Positions 58,001 to 64,000 of a stretch of DNA of 64,000 bases are shown here, one piece after another. The stretch covers positions 4,032,001 through 4,096,000 of the forward strand of contig OZ257142.1 in assembly GCA_965279035.1 (NCBI GenBank). The letters are read 5' to 3'. The notes beneath the pieces are model-generated. The model had not been told where the DNA came from and ran no database searches. It was given only the letters and a program-made list of their open reading frames with translations. Numbering within the stretch: the stretch's first letter is position 1; the number at the start of each line of letters is the position of its first letter. This DNA comes from Bacteroidia bacterium. GTDB taxonomy: Bacteria; Bacteroidota; Bacteroidia; M30B66. Both the position numbers and the translations under genes were made by a program.

Positions 58001-58780
58001 ATTAACCTCGTTTCTAATTCACTCAAATTCACCGAAACGGGAGGTGTGTCGATTAGTTTTGAGGCAGAAACAGATCCAAGAGGAACGGAAGATTTCTTTT
58101 ATATATCGGGAGAAGTAACCGACACTGGAATTGGTGTTGCAAAAGAAAAGCAGAGTTTAATTTTTGAAAGTTTCACTCAAGCCGATGGTTCATTTACGCG
58201 TAAATATGGAGGAAGTGGCTTAGGACTTTCTATCGTTAAACAATTATTGAGATTAATGAAAGGCTCAATAGAGTTAAGTAGTCCTGCATTAAACAAACCA
58301 TTTGCAACAGAAACACCTGGGGCTACATTTAAATTTAGATTCAAGGTAAAAGCCGAAAAATCGGATGATCATTCAAAATCAGCTCCTGTAGCTCCTCAAG
58401 CACAAACATTTCGATTTACTGAGAAATACAGTATTTTATTGGTTGAGGATAATAAAATAAATCAATTATTAGCAAGTACGATTTTAGAGAATTTTGGATT
58501 AGAGGTAATGACTGCCGATGATGGTCAGCAAGGTGTTGAAAAAATTAAAGAAAGCGATTTTGATTTAGTGCTGATGGACGTACAAATGCCAGTAATGAAT
58601 GGATATGAAAGCACTGCTGCAATGAGGGCTATGGGTATGAATTTGCCAATTATTGGATTGACTGCGAATGTATACAAAGAAGATATTGAGAAATGTTTAG
58701 AATCAGGAATGAATGCTCATTTGGGCAAACCATTTACCGAAGCTGATTTATTTGGTATGCTCAAACGCTGGTTGGTTTAA
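55067..58780 (+). CDS. Hybrid sensor histidine kinase/response regulator with beta-propeller and Y_Y_Y sensor
   Basis: About 14 Reg_prop repeats (D..G.LWIGT.GG), YKLDGFD.DW..Y.NL.PG.Y, TM helix, FLANMSHEIRTP, DTGIG, GGSGLGL, C-terminal REC (LMDVQMP); no AraC HTH. Confidence 0.93.
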   Translation: MKKLSAYLIFQLLLLLILAPASQAQTQQLTFERVPSQKWLYQRNITCLTQDRDGYLWFGTNNGLYRFDGYSVTEYRHDAHNTNSLTHNNVNCIYADKSGVLWVGTWGGLTRIDPISLSFTRYKHDPRNFKTLSNNDVRAIEEDPTGNLWIGTFGGGVNRFNKLSGEFSVYQYSSRNASSISSNYINVITRDRNGDLWIGTRRGINKLEPENARFTSFQSLEPTAGDQQWANVSSILEDSKGLIWFGTFGGGLIQLDRRSGKMLNYQHDAKNPKSLSNNTVNDLTEEDGGNIWIATSEGINILNPVSGEMQLIQNNPDNPTSLLNNDVHRLYRDRAGVISIITAEGINIYSKLSGRFRKFQKNPNESQSLSSNAINCFVESSDGSIWIGTRDGLNRFDRLSRSFQTYQMEPSEKGELVSNEIKSMLIDQKGRFWIGTVNGLNLFDPRTSKVKVYRYDRFNPNSLNNEIHTLTETRNGVLWAGIRKGLVQFDPDSGSFTLFRPDPTVSENQITNSVYSILEDRYGKFWVGTLGGGLSEFDRKTNKFKPFRNNPNDSLSLSHNSVISLHEDQFGFFWVGTFGGGLNRMDRKTGKFINYTAQSGLPDDMIYSILEDAKGNLWMSTNTGLVKFDTKSKTFRNYDALDGLQSNEFSIGAALHSREGELIFGGIAGFNLFYPDSIIENNYIPPTVITGFKVLNKPFILSGEQVKLEYNQNFFTFEFSSLSYALSDKNQFAYKLDGFDEDWIYCGSRRFASYSNLDPGEYIFHVKSSNSDGLWNEKGTTVTLIIARPFWRTWWFVLIGVILGTGVLYVGFRLRTRSINNRNQLLEEKVRQRTAELEKATEEAKAAKEAAEKASRSKSGFLANMSHEIRTPLNGILGFTDLLIRNNKNVEDTKYLELIRSSGDTLLNLLSDILDLNKIEQGKLTIENIRFNFIETIKQTLIPYQYRANEKGLQFMMSFDTRIPENIQGDPTRIKQLVINLVSNSLKFTETGGVSISFEAETDPRGTEDFFYISGEVTDTGIGVAKEKQSLIFESFTQADGSFTRKYGGSGLGLSIVKQLLRLMKGSIELSSPALNKPFATETPGATFKFRFKVKAEKSDDHSKSAPVAPQAQTFRFTEKYSILLVEDNKINQLLASTILENFGLEVMTADDGQQGVEKIKESDFDLVLMDVQMPVMNGYESTAAMRAMGMNLPIIGLTANVYKEDIEKCLESGMNAHLGKPFTEADLFGMLKRWLV

Positions 58781-59001
58781 TTGAGAAAATCATTTGAAAA
58801 AAATTGCATTCTTCTATAAAACGGAGGAATAGTAGTGATTCCCATTTTGAGATATCCTGTTTTATGTAGTCATTCTATACTATATACAAGTTGAAGGATT
58901 TAATAAATTGAAAAGCAGAAAAGGCTATTTGATTTGTAAGGTCTATTTTACAAGCCCAATTAATTTATCAATCATCAAAACACCTTATAATAAAAAATTT
59001 A

Positions 59002-60327
59002 ATGGCTTCCAATAGTTTAAAAGGGGCATTTTCTTCGTTGAATAAATCACCCAATTTTTCTGAAGAATCCAATAATTTATTGGTTCAAAAGGGAAATCAA
59101 TTGCATGCTATGATTCTTGCAGTTGTTAGCGTGATAACTATTGGATATGTATCGTTTGACTTGCTAAACAGCAATTTTACTCAAGCATTAATTAGCTCTA
59201 CATTACTGCCTTCTTTAGCATTCTCTTATTGGTTATTTAAATACAATAGAACTGAATTTTCTAAGATTTGGAACTTATTTCATGTTTCAATAATAATAGG
59301 AATTCAATTCTTTTTTCAACCACCAAACTCGCTATGCCTCACTTTATATTTACCCGTATTATTAAGTACACTCATTGTTTTTCAAGGAAAAGATAGAAAA
59401 CTTGGATATGTTTTAGCCTCTTTAGTTTTTATTTTAGCAATCATTCTATACAATTGCAAACCTCTTTTCGATTATTATTCTCGTTTCCCACATGAATCAA
59501 TTGATACATTAAGGACGATTAACATTTCTGGTGCGATCAGTGTTACCATTTTAGAAGTTATTTTTCTATTACAACTTAATAATTCAATTCAACATATTCT
59601 TATAGAGAAAAGCTCCGACCTTAATAAGAACAATGATTTTCTAGCAGCTAACATTCAAACAAGAGAGAAAATGCTCTCTATTTTATCACATGATTTGAGA
59701 AGTCCGCTTATTATTATTGACTCTGGAATTGAAGCAATTTTATCAGATGATTTCCCACCAGAAGGTAAAAAGAGATTGGGTGAGGAATTAAGAAAACGAT
59801 CAAAATCGACTTTGAATTTAATTGATAATTTATTGCTCTGGTCGCGTAGCCAAACAGATCAGATTAACTTCAATCCAAAACCAATAGAAATCTCTGAAAT
59901 TGAAAAGATAATTAAAGAAAATACATTGACCCACGGTGGGGAAAAAGACATTCAAATCAACTACTCGATTCCTGAAAAAGGAGGAATAAATGCTGATAAA
60001 GACATGTTGGAAGGAATGTTTCGGAATCTCATCTCGAATTCAATAAAATTCACTCCCAATGGAGGGAATATCAATGTATTGGTAGAACCTTCAGGTAAAA
60101 AATGGAGAATTACAATAAGTGATTCTGGTATAGGAATGACTCCAGAATTGATTGAAAAATTAAGGAACGGAGATATTCATTCCAGCTATGGAACTAACAA
60201 AGAAAAAGGTCATGGACTAGGGCTTCAACTAGTAAGAGACTTTTTGCAAAAACATGGATCTGAATTAAAAATTCAATCGGAATTAGGTAAAGGAACATCA
60301 TTCTCCTTTGAGTTAGAATCTGCTTAA
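59002..60327 (+). CDS. Multi-TM sensor histidine kinase
   Basis: About 6 TM N-terminus; LSHDLRSP, NLL.WS, RNLISNSIKFT, DSGIGM, GT..EKG.GLGL. Confidence 0.9.
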   Translation: MASNSLKGAFSSLNKSPNFSEESNNLLVQKGNQLHAMILAVVSVITIGYVSFDLLNSNFTQALISSTLLPSLAFSYWLFKYNRTEFSKIWNLFHVSIIIGIQFFFQPPNSLCLTLYLPVLLSTLIVFQGKDRKLGYVLASLVFILAIILYNCKPLFDYYSRFPHESIDTLRTINISGAISVTILEVIFLLQLNNSIQHILIEKSSDLNKNNDFLAANIQTREKMLSILSHDLRSPLIIIDSGIEAILSDDFPPEGKKRLGEELRKRSKSTLNLIDNLLLWSRSQTDQINFNPKPIEISEIEKIIKENTLTHGGEKDIQINYSIPEKGGINADKDMLEGMFRNLISNSIKFTPNGGNINVLVEPSGKKWRITISDSGIGMTPELIEKLRNGDIHSSYGTNKEKGHGLGLQLVRDFLQKHGSELKIQSELGKGTSFSFELESA

Positions 60328-60340
60328 TCAAAACCTTGGT

Positions 60341-60348
60341 TATCTTTG
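60341..60348 (+). promoter_or_regulatory. -7 promoter box (TATCTTTG) for tRNA-Arg
   Basis: TAnnTTTG consensus about 30 nt upstream of the tRNA. Confidence 0.65.
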
Positions 60349-60380
60349 CCCGCCTTTCATGGAAATCTGAAAGGTAAATA

Positions 60381-60452
60381 GGCACCGTAGTTCAATGGAT
60401 AGAATAGGAGTTTCCTAAACTCTAGATTTGGGTTCGATTCCCAACGGAGCCA
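60381..60452 (+). tRNA. tRNA-Arg (anticodon CCT)
   Basis: Cloverleaf: GGCACCG/CGGAGCC acceptor, GTTC/GAAT D-stem with A20, GGAGT-TTCCTAA-ACTCT anticodon arm, TTGGG-TTCGATT-CCCAA T-arm; CCA not encoded. Confidence 0.93.
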
Positions 60453-60453
60453 C

Positions 60454-60489
60454 AAAAAAGGCCCCGCAGAAACTTCTACGAGGCCTTTT
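60454..60489. terminator. Bidirectional terminator between tRNA and convergent T9SS gene
   Basis: AAAAAAGGCCCCGCAGAA..TTCTACGAGGCCTTTT imperfect hairpin with A/T tracts. Confidence 0.7.
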
Positions 60490-60506
60490 GCATTTAACCT
60501 AAACCA

Positions 60507-62390
60507 CTACTCTTTTACAATTCGGCGAATAAATGCCTGATTGCCCGATTCTATTTTCAATAAATATATTCCCGTTGGAAATTGACTTAAATCGATTTGT
60601 TGGCTGAATTTACGACCAACTTGTGTATTTAAAGTATTTCGACTCACAACTTGCCCTACAGTACTGAAAAGTGTAAGCGTGCATTTATCTGCATTTGCTG
60701 GAAAAGAAATACTCAATAAATCATGAGTTGGGTTAGGCATTACGATCATTGATTGCCCATCAATTGTAGCAATTCCATCAGGAAGTAAAACAGTAATAAA
60801 CTGTGTGGTTGTATCTGTACCACAAGGTCCATAAGAAATTAACTGAACCGAAGTTGCTCCTGTATCGCTGAATGTATAAATAGGATTACGATTAAAGCTT
60901 CCGTTTCCATCACCAAAAATCCATAGAGATGCTGTATCGCCGACGGAAGTATTATTGAATAAATAGGTAGTTCCATTCGCAACAAAATCAAATCCCGAAA
61001 CCATTTGTGGAACTACGGTCGCTGTAATACTATCGGTTTTAGAACATCCTGCATTATTTGTAACTGTACAATAATAGGTAGTGTTTATTTGAGGATGATC
61101 GTAAAAACTACTCGTTGTTTGTCCACTTGCCCATAGGTAAGTATTTCCTCCTCCTGGCCCGCCTCCTTGAACACTAGCTCTAATACGTGTGCTATCGCCA
61201 AGGCAAACAGTTGATGGTGTTGCGCTCATTGTAAAATTTGGAGCTGTACCAACTGTCACATTGATTGTTAAAGATCCTTGACAACCTAAGGCATCAGTCC
61301 CTACTATTGTGTACGGTGTACTTACTGTTGGTGAGGCTAAAACCGTTTCTCCACTTGTAGTATTTAATCCTGTAGCTGGACTCCAAACATAGGAATCTGC
61401 TCCCGAAACGGTGATGGATGTTGGCTCTGTAGCTCCAGAACAATAGCTTGCCGTTTGTGGTGTTGTAGCCAAAACTGGTGTTGGATTAGAACTAACAACA
61501 ATGGTTTTTAAAGACGAAGTATCAGCATTGGATGAAAATGAACAACCAGCAACAACACGGTAGTAAGTGGTTTGGCTAATGTTTCCTGTGTTGAATGTTG
61601 TTGCACCTGTTCCAACATCCATCCATGCTCCAGTTGTGTCATTGGTAGATTGCCACTGTAGTGATAATCCATCAAAACCAGTTGTTTGACCACTAAGGCT
61701 CAGTGTTGTTGTTCCGCCACCATTACAAATAGTCGATAGAACCGAGCTGAGTGTTCCTGCACTTTGAGTTCCATCGCATTGATTGGGGAAAGAAGTCCAG
61801 CTAACATCGTCGATGTACATGCTGTTTCCTTGTGTACTGTAACCTTTTAGAAGAAAATAATTGGTAGAAGAAGTATATCCTTGTGGTGCTAGAAATGTGT
61901 ATTCGTACCAACCGCTAACCGAATGTGTATCGGGAATTGCGATAAGGGATGAACGAGCAATTGTTCCTAATGCAATAGCACCGCTCAATGAAGGTGTTGT
62001 ATTGAAAAGAATTTGCAAACTATCGTAATTCGTTGCCAATGCCGCATCGCGATAAATCCAAAAACTAAATGGAGCATCAGCTGAACCACGGCTTGAGTAA
62101 TCAATTGCTGGAGAAACTATGGTTTGTGTTGTATCGGCTGGTGCTGTGTGGCTGTTGAAACGAGCCGTTGCTGTTCCTGTATGCGGCGAACAAGTTGGAA
62201 ATGTAAAGTTACTTGACTTGCGTGTCCAGAAATTATAGGTTGATATTCCCGTCCAACCAGTTGGAAGAAATTGTTGGTTTTCGAATCCTTGGGTAGAAAT
62301 AACTTGAGCGTTAATAGTTCCGAAAAGAGCCGAAAATGCAAGTGCAATAATGAGTGTTGCCCTTTTTAAAAGTGCGAAATTGTGTTTCAT
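60507..62390 (-). CDS. T9SS type-A sorted protein (adhesin-like beta-sandwich, Ig and PKD domains)
   Basis: QGFE..F.PTGW, IVSPAID, MYIDDV N-domain; WSPATGL; WIFGDG PKD; MPNPTHD..GIYLLK..RIVKE CTD. Start 62390 (ORF track 62453). Confidence 0.85.
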   Translation of the reverse strand: MKHNFALLKRATLIIALAFSALFGTINAQVISTQGFENQQFLPTGWTGISTYNFWTRKSSNFTFPTCSPHTGTATARFNSHTAPADTTQTIVSPAIDYSSRGSADAPFSFWIYRDAALATNYDSLQILFNTTPSLSGAIALGTIARSSLIAIPDTHSVSGWYEYTFLAPQGYTSSTNYFLLKGYSTQGNSMYIDDVSWTSFPNQCDGTQSAGTLSSVLSTICNGGGTTTLSLSGQTTGFDGLSLQWQSTNDTTGAWMDVGTGATTFNTGNISQTTYYRVVAGCSFSSNADTSSLKTIVVSSNPTPVLATTPQTASYCSGATEPTSITVSGADSYVWSPATGLNTTSGETVLASPTVSTPYTIVGTDALGCQGSLTINVTVGTAPNFTMSATPSTVCLGDSTRIRASVQGGGPGGGNTYLWASGQTTSSFYDHPQINTTYYCTVTNNAGCSKTDSITATVVPQMVSGFDFVANGTTYLFNNTSVGDTASLWIFGDGNGSFNRNPIYTFSDTGATSVQLISYGPCGTDTTTQFITVLLPDGIATIDGQSMIVMPNPTHDLLSISFPANADKCTLTLFSTVGQVVSRNTLNTQVGRKFSQQIDLSQFPTGIYLLKIESGNQAFIRRIVKE

Positions 62391-62657
62391 GTTGGATGGT
62401 TTATGGGTGTGAAATTGTGCAATCAAAAAAGGATGACGAATATTTTTTAGCAAGGGTTGTATTGGACTATATTTTCTTCGGCATTTATTTTAAGAAAGCG
62501 GACATACCGAGATTATTTTATAGAATTGGTTTAATGCGGAATGAAGATTTAATAAATCTGAATTTCAGCCTTTTAAAAATTTCTATTCAAATTGAAATTG
62601 CTAAAATGTCGATTTTAAATCCTTGATTTGCATTCTATTTCCTTCCATCACGAGGTT

Positions 62658-64000
62658 ATGAAAAAACTATTCTTCTTTCTTTTTCTTTTTCATTGTTTGG
62701 ATTTTTTGGAAGCTCAAGTTTTACAAGACTTGATTCCTCCGCAAATGATTGCATACAATCCAGAAAATAATGGTTTACTGAGCAATCCTGATTTTCCATT
62801 TCAAATCACATTTGATGAACCTGTTTTAAAAGTTGCTGGAACAATATCGGTTTTTCAAAACTCTGTGCTCATTCAACAAATAGACATCAATGCACCTGAA
62901 GTGATAGTAGATGTTGCTAATGTTCGATTTACATTAACAGGTATTCTTTCGGAATCCAATCTTCGTATCGAGATTCCGAGTGGCGTTATTAGCGATTTAA
63001 GTGGGAATGCTTGGGCCGGAACTGGAATTCCTTCTGATTGGAATTGTAATACTACTTGTTTTCAGATAGCGTGTTTTAGCTCTATTTTTCCAACAAATCA
63101 AACTACTAATTTTAGGTTACCCGATAGTCATGCTTTTCAGGTAATTGTTCAAAAAGGTGCTCCGTATACCAATGGAGGTGTCTTTCCTGATAATTTCGAT
63201 TTTACAGGATATGTTGCAACAGATGGAAGCAGCAGAAATGGAAAAATATCATTAAATCATGAAACGACTCCTGTTGCTGCTGTTACCATTATGGATGTGA
63301 ACTATTCGCCAACTACTCAGTTGTGGGAAGTTTTGAATTCAAGTCCAATTGATTTTTCTGCTGTAGTAAAAACACAACGCAATTGTTCCGGTGGATTAAC
63401 TCCTTGGGGAACGGTCTTGATTGGTGAAGAAATGAAAATAATTGGAGATACAAACCTCGATGGATATGATGATGTAGGCTGGTTTGTTGAAATAGATCCC
63501 CTGTTGAGACAAGTGAAAGATTATGGTAACGGACAACAGAAACTATGGCCAATGGGAAGAATGAGGCACGAAAATGCCGCTGTTTCTTATGCCGATAGTA
63601 GAACAGTTTATTTTGGCGAAGATGATACTACAGGCTGTTTATACAAATTCATAGCGAACGAAGCTGAAAATCTATCCCAAGGTTTGCTTTATGTGTTGAA
63701 AATGGATAGTCCATTGAATTCGGGAAATCCTCAAAGTGCGACTGGAGTTTGGATGCTAGTTCCAAATGGAAGTATTACTGAGAGAAATTCAACGTATTTG
63801 TTGGCAAGCCAACTAGCTGCAACTATTTTTAATGGTATTGAAGATGTGGAAATTGGTCCCGATGGGATGATTTATTTTACGTCCAAAGCTCATGGGAGAA
63901 TTTATCGTTTTACCGACAATGGAAATTCGGTAAGTGGATTTGAAACGTTTGTTGGTGGACGTAGTTATGATATTGATATTAACGGCACTCCAATTACTGA
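62658..64000 (+). CDS. PhoX-family (DUF839) alkaline phosphatase with N-terminal Ig-like domain; 3'-truncated, not in ORF track
   Basis: Hand translation MKKLFFFLFLFHCLDFLEAQ..ITFDEPV..SDLSGNAW..DFTGYV..LNHE..RNCSGGLTPWGTVLIGEE..GRMRHENA..YFGED; appears open to the window end. Confidence 0.85.
   Translation, partial: MKKLFFFLFLFHCLDFLEAQVLQDLIPPQMIAYNPENNGLLSNPDFPFQITFDEPVLKVAGTISVFQNSVLIQQIDINAPEVIVDVANVRFTLTGILSESNLRIEIPSGVISDLSGNAWAGTGIPSDWNCNTTCFQIACFSSIFPTNQTTNFRLPDSHAFQVIVQKGAPYTNGGVFPDNFDFTGYVATDGSSRNGKISLNHETTPVAAVTIMDVNYSPTTQLWEVLNSSPIDFSAVVKTQRNCSGGLTPWGTVLIGEEMKIIGDTNLDGYDDVGWFVEIDPLLRQVKDYGNGQQKLWPMGRMRHENAAVSYADSRTVYFGEDDTTGCLYKFIANEAENLSQGLLYVLKMDSPLNSGNPQSATGVWMLVPNGSITERNSTYLLASQLAATIFNGIEDVEIGPDGMIYFTSKAHGRIYRFTDNGNSVSGFETFVGGRSYDIDINGTPIT

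Noticed and set aside
55067-58780. Polysaccharide utilisation locus regulator
   Set aside because: No AraC domain and no susC/susD or CAZyme neighbours
59002-62390. Genomic island integrated at tRNA-Arg
   Set aside because: No integrase and no duplicated tRNA 3' end seen in the window

Overview
An AT-rich Bacteroidota chromosomal segment. The assignment rests on T9SS C-terminal sorting domains, TAnnTTTG promoter boxes and GWxTD/YtxJ/POT genes. The window holds about 50 CDS, one tRNA-Arg(CCT) and several intrinsic terminators. I found no transposase, integrase, phage, Cas or reverse-transcriptase gene. The left half (1-33.5 kb) is dominated by large T9SS-secreted surface proteins (PKD/Ig repeats, choice-of-anchor L, CUB) interleaved with peptide-utilisation genes (two POT transporters, DPP-IV, dipeptide epimerase). 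The right half is mostly housekeeping (rlmB, rmuC, ung, lipA, gap, fmt, HU, pdxH, recA, bcp, nth), plus sensor kinases and a PhoX-type phosphatase that runs off the window end. Five observations go beyond the ORF track. (1) Two tandem unannotated 43- and 45-aa lipoproteins share an identical HVDCPAY motif and sit directly upstream of the thiol-redox gene ytxJ, which converges on osmC. (2) CUB and choice-of-anchor-L heads each occur twice, once with a type-B and once with a type-A T9SS tail. (3) A structured ~120-150 nt intergenic element occurs in three copies. (4) A GTAG-type REP/BIME cluster lies at 26.3-26.5 kb. (5) A HisF paralog has lost catalytic and phosphate-binding residues. All calls come from reading the sequence and recognising motifs; no database search was run.
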